Positions 8,660-18,449 of a DNA stretch of 64,000 bases are shown here, in pieces; the stretch's first letter is position 1; each line of letters starts with the position of its first letter. Under the pieces are notes generated by a model, which worked only from the letters and a program-made list of their open reading frames with translations, was not told the origin of the DNA and did not search any database. The position numbers were made by a program, and so were the translations under genes. Source of the stretch: a virus (Duplodnaviria > Caudoviricetes). Location: the IMG/VR virus record IMGVR_UViG_3300037067_021792. One strand, written 5' to 3'.

Positions 8660-9934
8660 ATGTCCAAAAAAGTAATTATCATTGAAGCACCAAATAAGGT
8701 TAATGGGTATAAGAAATACGCGGGTAAAGAGTATGATGTCCTGGCTTCATATGGGCACTGTGTGGACCTTCCCGAAAAGGGTTTGGGTATAAATATTAAA
8801 AAATCCTTTGAACCCACTTTTGAAGTTAAGGATGATCATCAGGATACAATTAATGCTATTAAATCTAAATGTGCTAAATCTGATTTAGTATTATTAATGA
8901 CAGACCCAGATCGTGAAGGTGAAGCAATATCATTCCACATTTATGAGCAAATTAAAGATATTGCCAAGAAAGTATTACGAGCTTCAACTAGCGAAATTAC
9001 AGCATCGGGTATTAAGAAGGCTATAGAAAATGCCGGAGAACTAGATCAAGGTAAAATTAATGCTTATCTGGCTCGCCGATTACTAGATAGATTAGTGGGT
9101 TATCGAACTAGTTTTTTAACTCAGCAGGCCACGGGCGGTAAATCGGCGGGCAGGGTGCAAAGTGCTGTATTACGGATTTTGGTTGACCGCGAAAATGAAA
9201 TACTTCACTTTATTCCTGAAGAATACTGGATTTTTACGGCTCGGCTCTTGTCGAGTAAAAATGAGCAATATACTGCTTCACTATCAGATAAATTCAAAGT
9301 CCCAAATGAAGCAGAGGCTACAAAAATATACGATGCCGTTATTGGGGGGAATCCAGTTGTTGCCAGTGTTGAATCAAAAGATGTGAAATCTAATCCTTAC
9401 GCTCCGTTCGCCACCATGCCTCTTATTGCTGCTGCGTCCTCGATTTTGGGATGGCAAACTAAAAAGACAATGGATGTGGCTCAGAACCTGTATAGTAACG
9501 GATTAATCAGCTATCATCGTACCGATTCGGTCACAATAGCAGAAGAACCAATGCAGGCAATACGAAATTATATTTCTCACACCTATGGGTCAGATTATAT
9601 TCCGGATAAACCCAACTATTACAGTGCAAAAAAAGGAGCACAGGAAGCCCACGAAGCGTGTAGACCAACGGATATTTCTAACGTTCATCCGTCAGCACCT
9701 GAGGATAACGGGAAACTATACGAAATAATTTGGCGCAGAACAGTAGCTAGCCAAATGACTCCTGGGCTAGATAAAAAATCGAAAGTGATTACTGATATTT
9801 CTGAATATGAATTTGTGTCAAATGGCAATCAAATGTTATTCGACGGGCATCGGCAGGTTTGGCATTATGGGAAATCAGATGATGTTATTTTGCCAAATTT
9901 GTTCGGAGGCGAAAAGTGTAAATTGTTAACCTGA
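8660..9934 (+). CDS. topA: DNA topoisomerase IA, N-terminal part
   Basis: TOPRIM IIEAPNK and DPDREGE, SAGRVQS, catalytic-Tyr motif LISYHRTDS, AQEAHEACRPT; stops at GEKCKLLT. Confidence 0.92.
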   Translation: MSKKVIIIEAPNKVNGYKKYAGKEYDVLASYGHCVDLPEKGLGINIKKSFEPTFEVKDDHQDTINAIKSKCAKSDLVLLMTDPDREGEAISFHIYEQIKDIAKKVLRASTSEITASGIKKAIENAGELDQGKINAYLARRLLDRLVGYRTSFLTQQATGGKSAGRVQSAVLRILVDRENEILHFIPEEYWIFTARLLSSKNEQYTASLSDKFKVPNEAEATKIYDAVIGGNPVVASVESKDVKSNPYAPFATMPLIAAASSILGWQTKKTMDVAQNLYSNGLISYHRTDSVTIAEEPMQAIRNYISHTYGSDYIPDKPNYYSAKKGAQEAHEACRPTDISNVHPSAPEDNGKLYEIIWRRTVASQMTPGLDKKSKVITDISEYEFVSNGNQMLFDGHRQVWHYGKSDDVILPNLFGGEKCKLLT

Positions 9935-9944
9935 AGGAGTTCGA

Positions 9945-11102
9945 ATGATAACCCAATCTGCCACTTATGGCGACGAATATTTAACTACGATAGTAGCCAG
10001 TCAGGCTGCTCATATTTTGGGAACAAATCCCGCAAATTTAATCATGTATTCAGAGGGACAATTTCTTAAAGGTGTTTTTTCTGGCCTATCTTATTGTAAA
10101 ACAACAACCATTGGCACCGATGGATCGATGCCTAATAAACTTCATAACTTTTTGCAATTATGTGAAATGCGTGATAACTCTGACATAAAATTTGTTCGGG
10201 CATGTGTATCATTTGGGCCATATGGGGTTTCGATCTATTATATTTTCATAGAAAAGGGTAAGGCGTTTAAAGCTAAAAGATCTTTAATAAGACTTTCGGC
10301 TCGGCTTAATCCTCCCATTGCGCCTGTATTGAATGACGCACTGTGGGGTGATTTAATCGATAATACTGTTGGATTTTTTAAAAAGGCTCGGGATTATAAG
10401 GCATACGGCGTCAAGACGACTCGGGGAATAATACTTTCTGGTCCACCCGGGAATGGGAAATCAATGTTTTGTGATTATCTTATACGATGCTTTAATAATC
10501 GCGGAATTGATGTTATGGTGTATACATCGAGAGATCTCATTAAAACAATAATAGATAATAGAAATCCGTTCGATTTCAGGGTGATTTTTGTAGATGACGT
10601 TGATATAGACTTCTTTTCTAGGAAATCTAATTCCGAGATGGCATGCAGCCTGCTTTCTTGTCTAGATGGGTGCAAAAAAACATCTTCTGTTGCACTGAGA
10701 ATATTTTCTACTAATGAATCTATCAAAAATATAGATCCGGCTTTTCTCAGACCAGGGCGAGTCGATAAGTGTTTTTCTTTTGACAATCCTAACACTGAAT
10801 TAAGGAAGAAATTTATCAATACTTGGAATCAGAATATTTTGGATGGTATTGATGTGCCCGAATTTATTAATCGTTCTGAGGGATTTAGCTTTGCAGACAT
10901 GGATCTTGTTAAGCAGGTTTTAGTTTCTAACTTTCTTTCATCCGGTAAGTGGGATATGTCAGTAGCAATCGGAGAGTTCGAGAGTAGATGTAGTGTAGAA
11001 AGTCACAGAAAAACTGGTATAGGATTTGATAATCTGAAATCTGCAGAAGAATCAATACCAAAACCGACAGGACCAAAACCAATAAGAGGAATGCATGAGT
11101 GA
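9945..11102 (+). CDS. AAA+ ATPase inserted between the topA halves
   Basis: Walker A GPPGNGKS, Walker B IFVDDVD, SRH STN..IDPAFLRPGRVD; AAGGAG SD. Confidence 0.9.
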   Translation: MITQSATYGDEYLTTIVASQAAHILGTNPANLIMYSEGQFLKGVFSGLSYCKTTTIGTDGSMPNKLHNFLQLCEMRDNSDIKFVRACVSFGPYGVSIYYIFIEKGKAFKAKRSLIRLSARLNPPIAPVLNDALWGDLIDNTVGFFKKARDYKAYGVKTTRGIILSGPPGNGKSMFCDYLIRCFNNRGIDVMVYTSRDLIKTIIDNRNPFDFRVIFVDDVDIDFFSRKSNSEMACSLLSCLDGCKKTSSVALRIFSTNESIKNIDPAFLRPGRVDKCFSFDNPNTELRKKFINTWNQNILDGIDVPEFINRSEGFSFADMDLVKQVLVSNFLSSGKWDMSVAIGEFESRCSVESHRKTGIGFDNLKSAEESIPKPTGPKPIRGMHE

Positions 11103-11883
11103 TATTATAAATAAGCATCCGGGATTAACTGCCGAGCGAAAAGAAACCCAGCCCCCGCCAAGATATTCAGACGCGAGCTTGGCAAAGATTTGCGAGAAAG
11201 AGCAGATAACTCGTCCTGCGACTTTTAAAGGTGTAATTGACACCTTAAAAGCTAGGAAGTATATAACCCAAGAGAAAAAATCTTTCAACCCTACCGAGGT
11301 AGGGATGAAGGTTGTCGAGTTTCTTAGACAAGCAGATATGTGTTTTATTGATATAAAGTTCACGGCTAAAATGGAAGAGCTGCTAGATGATGTACAAAGT
11401 GGTACCAAAGATAAGATAGAAGTCCTCGATAAATTTTGGGAACGGTTGCAGAAAGACATCGCCAATGGTAAGCAAATTAAATCTGCAGGTGAAGTATCTG
11501 AATATAAGTGTCCTAAATGCGGAGGATCATTGCTTAAGAAATTTAGCAAATTCGGTCCATTTTTTGCTTGTCAGAACTCCAAAAAACTGACCCAGAAGCA
11601 GATAGATGCAGGGGAAGAATCTCCGTGTGACTACATTGCTAGTGTCGGGAAAAGTGGAGAACCACTTACTAAACAAAAAGTTGAAAAAGAGTACGCGTCA
11701 TTTCCCTGTAAGAAATGCGGAGAAAAGATGGTTAAAAGACACTCGAAATTTGGGTCGTTTTTCGGATGTGAAAAATTTCCGTCCTGTAAAACTACCGCAG
11801 ATTTAGAGGGTAATTTTAAGGAATCATCTGGTAAGAAATTCAAGAAGTATAAGAAATACAAAAAGAAAGCAGATGACGAGTGA
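11095..11883 (+). CDS. topA: DNA topoisomerase IA, C-terminal part with two Zn ribbons
   Basis: TQPPPRYSDASL..ITRPATF, FTAKMEELLD, two C4 ribbons, Lys-rich tail; own AGAGGA SD and ATG. Confidence 0.9.
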   Translation: MSDIINKHPGLTAERKETQPPPRYSDASLAKICEKEQITRPATFKGVIDTLKARKYITQEKKSFNPTEVGMKVVEFLRQADMCFIDIKFTAKMEELLDDVQSGTKDKIEVLDKFWERLQKDIANGKQIKSAGEVSEYKCPKCGGSLLKKFSKFGPFFACQNSKKLTQKQIDAGEESPCDYIASVGKSGEPLTKQKVEKEYASFPCKKCGEKMVKRHSKFGSFFGCEKFPSCKTTADLEGNFKESSGKKFKKYKKYKKKADDE

Positions 11884-12042
11884 CAGCCAAAGAACAAAGC
11901 AAAGAGTTTTTAAAAAAAGTCGAAGGATGCTGCGGTATTTGGCTGCTTCCTGAACAATGGAAAACGGTTCTATTGGCGCTACATTTTGCAGCAGAGGAAG
12001 ACTTGTCGAGTATAATTAGACAGCAGATAGATAGTATATACC

Positions 12043-12597
12043 ATGATAATATGCCCAACCCTACAAGATGTGATTAAATTCGCCACCAAACGGCACAGAC
12101 ATATTAATGCGCAATCAGGTGGAGTTACTGCATGGAAAATGTTGCGCAAGCCAGATGGATCTCGTATACCGTTCGAAGAGGTTAGAAGTTTTCGCATATT
12201 TGATTGGGTAGCCGATGAAGCAGACAAGCTTCTTACTATTGACTCTATAGCCGTTGGCACGGCCTTTAAGGGCAACAAAAGGATATCTCAGATAAATAAG
12301 CTGTATTTATATGATTTGTCGGTCATAAATATATACGACCACTCTGCTGAATTTTTTAGTAAGAGCAGTATTGATCTGTGGTATATGGAAAACGATAACT
12401 CATTTGTTTCTGTCTCCTCTATAGAACAACTATCAATGAATAATTGGGTTAAGGATACTCCTGATATAGTACGAGCAAGATGGGTAGCACCAGATGAAGA
12501 TTTCGATAGAATTTCTGAAGAGCTTTGTATCGGACGAAAGGTTGTTGAAGTTGTAGACGAGTCTAGAAATTTTGATATGGATTTTGAAGATTTATAG
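12043..12597 (+). CDS. Hypothetical protein
   Basis: 184-aa ORF in operon context. Confidence 0.6.
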   Translation: MIICPTLQDVIKFATKRHRHINAQSGGVTAWKMLRKPDGSRIPFEEVRSFRIFDWVADEADKLLTIDSIAVGTAFKGNKRISQINKLYLYDLSVINIYDHSAEFFSKSSIDLWYMENDNSFVSVSSIEQLSMNNWVKDTPDIVRARWVAPDEDFDRISEELCIGRKVVEVVDESRNFDMDFEDL

Positions 12598-12605
12598 GCA
12601 TTATC

Positions 12606-13280
12606 ATGTATAAAGACTTATTTGGAAACGGTCCAATACGACATAAGACTATACTTAATGGTCGAGATGCTGAAGCAATAGATATACTAATAAACCTTCA
12701 TTGCCCCACTAGTAATCCTAAAATACTGGATTGCACGTATAATTCCGGGAAAATGTGGAAAAATTCAAGATACCATCCGACTACCCGCATGGATATCGAC
12801 CCGCTTCTTGATGTAGACGTGGTCGGTGATTTCACGAATATGCCATTTGGAGATTCGGAATACGATATTATTGTTTTTGATCCTCCTCATTTACCCGTTG
12901 CCGCAGCCTCGGAAAATAGTTCTAAAATATGGGAGAAATCTTATGGGATTACGGATAATGGCATTGGGAGAGAGGGCGATAACGTATCTAGTATGTTTCT
13001 TCCGTTTCTAAAAGAAGCAGAGCGAGTTTTGAAAAAGAATGGAATTGTATTAGCAAAAATTGCAGATATAATTCACAATCACCGGTATCAATGGCAGCAA
13101 GTTGATTTTGTTAATGCCGTTCGGCAGACAAACATGACTCCATGCGATATGATGATTAAATGCGATCCAAATGCCGGCAACCTAACATCTAGCAAGTGGA
13201 ACAAGATAAAACATTTGAGAAAATCCCACTGTTACTGGATTGTCGTTCGAAATTCTGGACGTTGTGAATGTATAATATAA
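12606..13280 (+). CDS. Amino-type (N6A/N4C) DNA methyltransferase
   Basis: ILDCTYNSG SAM-binding motif; VFDPPH catalytic-like motif. Confidence 0.75.
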   Translation: MYKDLFGNGPIRHKTILNGRDAEAIDILINLHCPTSNPKILDCTYNSGKMWKNSRYHPTTRMDIDPLLDVDVVGDFTNMPFGDSEYDIIVFDPPHLPVAAASENSSKIWEKSYGITDNGIGREGDNVSSMFLPFLKEAERVLKKNGIVLAKIADIIHNHRYQWQQVDFVNAVRQTNMTPCDMMIKCDPNAGNLTSSKWNKIKHLRKSHCYWIVVRNSGRCECII

Positions 13281-13295
13281 TACTGGAGAAATAAA

Positions 13296-13535
13296 ATGGA
13301 AAAGATTGATCCCAAAAGACTATCACCCGACAAGGGATTTGTAGTCGGAATTTCAGCTATTATCGGAGTAGACGATCCTAAAATTGAGATAGAATACGAG
13401 CCAGCACAGGCCAAAGCCAAGGATCAGGTGCAAAAAATAGAATTTTATTTCTACGCCGGCGAAACTGAGCTTATCAGGGCCGAGATGCACAAGTTTGTGG
13501 ATGATACCATTGATAATTTATATGGAAACCCATAG
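13296..13535 (+). CDS. Hypothetical protein
   Basis: GGAG SD, 79 aa. Confidence 0.6.
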   Translation: MEKIDPKRLSPDKGFVVGISAIIGVDDPKIEIEYEPAQAKAKDQVQKIEFYFYAGETELIRAEMHKFVDDTIDNLYGNP

Positions 13536-13614
13536 AACCTTGAAAATCCCTCGGGACAGTTGTATAATACCGGTGAGTGGTAAGTAAAACTTAGTATTGG
13601 AAAGGAATTAGACA

Positions 13615-14073
13615 ATGCCTCAAATCAAGTCTGAATGGGAAGAGATTCCGGAATTTATTGAAATCGCATCTAAACTGAAGGAAAAGTATCCAGAGCGGTT
13701 TGATCACGTTAATGTTGATCTAATTATTGCGTATAAATGTACGAATAAGACGAAGCCCGATAAGAAGTCAAAGCTTTACGACATGACGGGACAGACGGAG
13801 CCAGAGGCTTTCACGAACCCAAAGAAATACTTTATTAAAGTATTCCATGATACTTGGGATAATCTCGGGGAGAATAATAGAGTAGCGATTGCATTCTCTG
13901 CTATGAGTCGCATATCAGTTGATGATCCTGAGAGTGGTAAGGTTGAAGGTTACGATATGCATGATCAGTCATTTATGGCTCGCACTCTTGGGGTAGACTG
14001 GCAGACCCGAGCGGACATACCCAATTTACTGAGGGAGTCAGTGAATTTTGTATCGGAGCCAATTGTCTCATAA
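13615..14073 (+). CDS. Phage metallopeptidase-like protein with degenerate HExxH
   Basis: YFIKVFHDTW..RVAIAFSAMSRI..HD matches the family layout, but HELxH is replaced by SAMSR. Confidence 0.45.
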   Translation: MPQIKSEWEEIPEFIEIASKLKEKYPERFDHVNVDLIIAYKCTNKTKPDKKSKLYDMTGQTEPEAFTNPKKYFIKVFHDTWDNLGENNRVAIAFSAMSRISVDDPESGKVEGYDMHDQSFMARTLGVDWQTRADIPNLLRESVNFVSEPIVS

Positions 14074-14081
14074 TATTGAAA

Positions 14082-14200
14082 CCACTCTACGGAGCTGTTT
14101 TCGCCAAAACATATATGGTTTATGATGGTGCCAAAGTTGATAACATATATGTCATTTATTTTGATTTGAGAGTATAATACATAACGGTTCCGTAGAGTGG
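14082..14200 (+). ncRNA. Candidate structured RNA (long terminal stem, internal loop, inner stem)
   Basis: 14082-14099 pairs with 14183-14200 over 18 bp with two G-U pairs; inner ACATATATG/CATATATGT stem. Confidence 0.5.
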
Positions 14201-14220
14201 ATATTTTTAAGGAGTTTGAT

Positions 14221-14610
14221 ATGTCTTGGCAAGTTGTAGAAAAAGATGCATTTGGGACTGATTGGGCACTTGTTCGGTATAACGATCGGGCGCTTCAGCG
14301 GTTTGAGGATGAAGAAAAGGCACTTGAGTCAGCAGTTGACTATTTGACTAATTTAAACGTCAATAACGCATTAACGCCAACTGAAAAACTGAACAATATA
14401 GAGGCATTCATGATGACAGATTTTGGATGTTTTCTGGGAACGCTCGATGGCGAGCCCTGGTATATGACATATCCAAAAGATGTAGTAGGTAAAATGCCCG
14501 ATGGATCCAATGGTGTAATCCATTGCAAAGGCGATATCGTCAATGATAAAACATTCTTTCTGTTAGAAGGTAAAACCGAGGTTGCTGTTAGAAAACTTCC
14601 TGGCACCTAA
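14221..14610 (+). CDS. Hypothetical protein
   Basis: ATG 14221 after AAGGAG SD, preferred over GTG 14197. Confidence 0.6.
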   Translation: MSWQVVEKDAFGTDWALVRYNDRALQRFEDEEKALESAVDYLTNLNVNNALTPTEKLNNIEAFMMTDFGCFLGTLDGEPWYMTYPKDVVGKMPDGSNGVIHCKGDIVNDKTFFLLEGKTEVAVRKLPGT

Positions 14611-14611
14611 T

Positions 14612-15424
14612 ATGCAGATAAATATGTCTCAGATAATTATTGCATTAAGCGGTCGTAAGGGATCTGGGAAAAATACTGTTGGACAATTTATTGAGCAGTA
14701 TTATATCAACTGCTGTCTACGAACCCGGAGTGACGTAGAAACTCCAATAGGAGTGGATAGCCCAGTTTTTATCTGTTCTTTTGCGGATAATCTCAAGGAA
14801 TTTTGTATCAATACCTTGGGATTATCGATGGAATCGTGCTATGGTTCTGATGAGCAAAAAAATGCTCCTACTCAATATGTATGGGAAAATGCTCCCAAAT
14901 TCTTGCGATGGAAATTTGGGGATGATCCATTAGCGAAGCACCTAATTAAGTCTGGCTGTTCCCCAGATGTAATTATGGATGCTTTTTATCCTAAAGCTAT
15001 TACTGGGATTGGGGCATGTGATTATCCACCAGATGAACCAGATAGAAGTAAAATGAAATCAGGACCGATGTCAGGCAGAGATATAATGCAGTTGTTTGGT
15101 ACCGATTTAATACGACATACGTTTGGTAATGTTTGGGCCGCAGCTACCATTCGGACTATTCATCGTAATGGCAAGCCTTTGAACGTGATAGTTGACAATA
15201 GATTTCAAAACGAAATAGAGGTAGTATTGAAAGAGCCAAAGGGATATATTATACGTTTAACTCGTAGTCCATTTGGGACAGAAGACGTGCATCCGAGTGA
15301 ATCAGCTCTTGATAATTATAACTGGAATCAGAAAAAACATTTTGTTTTAGACAATAAGAACATGACCGTAGAAGAACAAAACGAGGCTATTAAGCCAATA
15401 TTAAATACAATTTTTTCTGGGTAA
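14612..15424 (+). CDS. Deoxynucleoside monophosphate kinase
   Basis: [12 protein letters not shown]-loop, [32 protein letters not shown]; start uncertain. Confidence 0.85.
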   Translation: MQINMSQIIIALSGRKGSGKNTVGQFIEQYYINCCLRTRSDVETPIGVDSPVFICSFADNLKEFCINTLGLSMESCYGSDEQKNAPTQYVWENAPKFLRWKFGDDPLAKHLIKSGCSPDVIMDAFYPKAITGIGACDYPPDEPDRSKMKSGPMSGRDIMQLFGTDLIRHTFGNVWAAATIRTIHRNGKPLNVIVDNRFQNEIEVVLKEPKGYIIRLTRSPFGTEDVHPSESALDNYNWNQKKHFVLDNKNMTVEEQNEAIKPILNTIFSG

Positions 15425-15440
15425 AGAAAGGAGAGAAAAG

Positions 15441-17306
15441 GTGAGTAAAATTGTTGGCGTGGATCTTGGCACTACTAATTCGGTTGTCGCCATTGTAGAA
15501 AATGGACAGCCAAAAGTATTAATTAATAGCAGCGGTGGCCGCACTACTCCGTCTCTGGTTTCATTTAATAAATCCGAGAGGATTGTTGGTCAACGAGCTA
15601 GGAATCAGCAGGTTTTAAATCCTAAGAATACAATTTATTCTATCAAGCGATTTATGGGAAGGCGACATTCTGAAGTTAGCGCAGAAGAAAAGACTGTTCC
15701 ATATACAATAGTGGGTGGTCCGGAAGAACTGGTTAAGGTCAAAGTTGATGATAGGGACTACGCCCCTCCAGAGATTTCCGCAATGATATTGAAAGATCTC
15801 AAGACGACTGCTGAAACATATTTTGGGCACGAAATAACTGAAGCGGTTATCACTGTCCCCGCATATTTTAATGATGCCCAGCGACAGGCCACAAAAGAAG
15901 CCGGGCAGATTGCTGGGTTTGATGTTAAGAGAATTATCAACGAACCCACTGCTGCTGCTCTATCATATGGTCTGAATAAAAAGAAGCAGCAAAAAATAGC
16001 TGTTTTTGATTTGGGTGGTGGAACCTTTGATATTTCAGTTCTTGATATTGGAGATAATGTTTTTGAGGTTCTTAGCACTAACGGCGACACCCATTTAGGC
16101 GGTGATGATTTTGACGCCGCATTCGTTGACTACATTGCAGAAGAATTCAGAAAGGTGGAAGGTATCGATCTTCGAAAAGATCCGATGGCTCTACAGCGGT
16201 TAAAGGATTCTGCTGAAAAGGCTAAGTGTGATTTATCATCAAGTCTCGAAACTCAAATATCCCTACCTTTCATTACTGCAGATTCCAATGGACCGAAGCA
16301 CCTAAATCAAACTATAACTCGTTCTAAATTTGAGCAAATAATTTCTGGTTTAATTCAGCGTTGTAGAAATCCAGTTATGCAAGCACTTAAAGACGCCAAT
16401 TTAACACCGAAGGATATAGATGAGGTTATACTGGTCGGTGGCTCAACCCGCGTTCCCGCAGTTCGTGCTTTGGTAAAAGAGATGTTCGGCAAAGAGCCAA
16501 ATTCTAGTGTAAATCCCGATGAGTCGGTAGCCATTGGTGCTGCTATACAAGGATCAATATTAAGCGGAGAATCCTCAGATATTGTTTTACTTGATGTCAC
16601 ACCGCTTTCTTTAGGTGTTGAAACCCTTGGTGGCGTTATGACTGTTTTAATTCCAAGAAACACCACTATACCGACCACTAAAAAAGAGACATTCTCAACT
16701 GCCGCAGACAATCAACCTGGAGTAGATATACATATTCTCCAGGGCGAGAGAAAGATGGCAGATTCCAACAGAACTTTAGGCAGATTTCAATTAGCAGATA
16801 TACCATCTGCACCTCGTGGTGTGCCACAAATTGAGGTTAATTTTGATATAGACGCTAATGGCATTTTGCACGTATCTGCTAAGGATCTTGGCACTGGAAA
16901 ACAGCAATCCATAGAGATTAAGTCGTCATCTGGATTAAGCGATGATGAGGTTAAACGAATGGTGGATGATGCGCAGAAATATTCGGAAGAGGATGCTAAT
17001 AAAAAGGAATTGGTAGATGCAAGAAACCAGGCTGATAATCACATCTATCAAGCCGAGAAGATGATGAAAGAGCATGGGGATAAAATACAAAATAAGTCCG
17101 ATGTTGAATCTGCTGTCAGCGCAGTCAAGGACGCCATTAAAACCAATGATAAGGATTCTATTAAAAAATCCTTAGATGTTCTCAATACCGCTTTGCATAA
17201 AGCCAGCGAAGATATCTATAATGCTAATAAAGCAGCGACTCCTGATATACCCGTTGGCGAGACGCCGACAAATGTAGTAGATGCAGAGTATTCAGTAAAG
17301 GATTAA
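15441..17306 (+). CDS. dnaK: Hsp70 chaperone DnaK
   Basis: [33 protein letters not shown]; full length. Confidence 0.98.
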   Translation: MSKIVGVDLGTTNSVVAIVENGQPKVLINSSGGRTTPSLVSFNKSERIVGQRARNQQVLNPKNTIYSIKRFMGRRHSEVSAEEKTVPYTIVGGPEELVKVKVDDRDYAPPEISAMILKDLKTTAETYFGHEITEAVITVPAYFNDAQRQATKEAGQIAGFDVKRIINEPTAAALSYGLNKKKQQKIAVFDLGGGTFDISVLDIGDNVFEVLSTNGDTHLGGDDFDAAFVDYIAEEFRKVEGIDLRKDPMALQRLKDSAEKAKCDLSSSLETQISLPFITADSNGPKHLNQTITRSKFEQIISGLIQRCRNPVMQALKDANLTPKDIDEVILVGGSTRVPAVRALVKEMFGKEPNSSVNPDESVAIGAAIQGSILSGESSDIVLLDVTPLSLGVETLGGVMTVLIPRNTTIPTTKKETFSTAADNQPGVDIHILQGERKMADSNRTLGRFQLADIPSAPRGVPQIEVNFDIDANGILHVSAKDLGTGKQQSIEIKSSSGLSDDEVKRMVDDAQKYSEEDANKKELVDARNQADNHIYQAEKMMKEHGDKIQNKSDVESAVSAVKDAIKTNDKDSIKKSLDVLNTALHKASEDIYNANKAATPDIPVGETPTNVVDAEYSVKD

Positions 17307-17309
17307 AAA

Positions 17310-18434
17310 TTGGAAGACCTAGCACGAAAATATAGGCCGAAAAAATTACAGGATTTAGTTGGACAAAGCGTGGTTGTTCAAACTCTGACTAACGCAATTA
17401 AAAATAACAAACTACATCACGCTCATTTGTTTGTAGGCCAGTATGGCTCGGGAAAGACAAGCTGCGCACGTATTTTAGCTGCTACAGAAAATTGTCTCGT
17501 ATCTCCGGGATTGGATCCATGCGGAACCTGCGATAATTGTAAAAAGATTTTTGCAGGGACCCATACCGATGTGCTAGAAATAGACGCGGCTAGTGGCGCT
17601 GGCAGTGTGAAGGAGGTTCGGAAATTAAAAGAAAATGCGCTATATAACCCAATTGCAGGGTGTAAGACAAAATATTTTATTATTGATGAAGCACAAAGGT
17701 TATCACAAGAGTCAAACGATGCCTTATTAAAGCTAATTGAAGAACCTCCATCGAGGGTTAGATTCGTACTATCAACTACTGATATTCATAAATTACGACC
17801 GGCAGTCCAGTCAAGATGTCAGAGACACGATATAAGGCAGATTTACTGGGCACAGATATCTGAACGGTTGGCATACATTGCGAAAAGTGAAAACATAGAT
17901 GTCGAAGAGGGAGCACTGAATTTATGTGCCCGTTTAGCTCATGGTAGCATGCGCAATGGCATACAGAATCTGTCTAAGCTAATATCTTTCTCTAAGAATG
18001 GGAAGGTTACTACTTCTGATGCAGATGATGTTTTTGGAACTGTGTCCGAAAGTCTCTTTTATGATTTGATAGATTCTTTAATTGAAACCCATACTGGAAA
18101 ATTAGATACCAGGTCGGGTTTGAAGGTTATTAATAATATACTCCAGAGTGGTGCTGAATTTCAATCAGTATATGATGGCATAGCAAACCATCTTAGAAAT
18201 ATGCTGGTAGTATTGACCGCTTCGGCGGCATTTGAGTTTGTCGATGCGTCCCAGGAAGGCAAGAAAAGATTGAAAGAGCAGTGTCTTAAGTGCCAACAGG
18301 GCAAGAAACATAAGGCATTACTTAGAATCTTATCTGCTTTAAATGAATCAAAGCAGTCGGTAGACTACAATATATCTCCTGAGATTGCACTACAAGCTTG
18401 GCTCATAAAGAGTGTTATATTTTTTAACGAGTAA
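17310..18434 (+). CDS. dnaX: DNA polymerase III gamma/tau clamp-loader subunit
   Basis: LARKYRP, GQYGSGKTS, C4 Zn motif, IIDEA, LLKLIEEPP, SRC. Confidence 0.93.
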   Translation: MEDLARKYRPKKLQDLVGQSVVVQTLTNAIKNNKLHHAHLFVGQYGSGKTSCARILAATENCLVSPGLDPCGTCDNCKKIFAGTHTDVLEIDAASGAGSVKEVRKLKENALYNPIAGCKTKYFIIDEAQRLSQESNDALLKLIEEPPSRVRFVLSTTDIHKLRPAVQSRCQRHDIRQIYWAQISERLAYIAKSENIDVEEGALNLCARLAHGSMRNGIQNLSKLISFSKNGKVTTSDADDVFGTVSESLFYDLIDSLIETHTGKLDTRSGLKVINNILQSGAEFQSVYDGIANHLRNMLVVLTASAAFEFVDASQEGKKRLKEQCLKCQQGKKHKALLRILSALNESKQSVDYNISPEIALQAWLIKSVIFFNE

Positions 18435-18449
18435 GGAGAAAAATACAAT

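Noticed and set aside
9932-11123. Group I/II intron, intein or T4 gene 60-type ribosomal bypass in topA
   Set aside because: The insert is almost entirely coding, both downstream ORFs have SD and ATG, there are no intein motifs, and a 1.2-kb hop is implausible; not excluded experimentally
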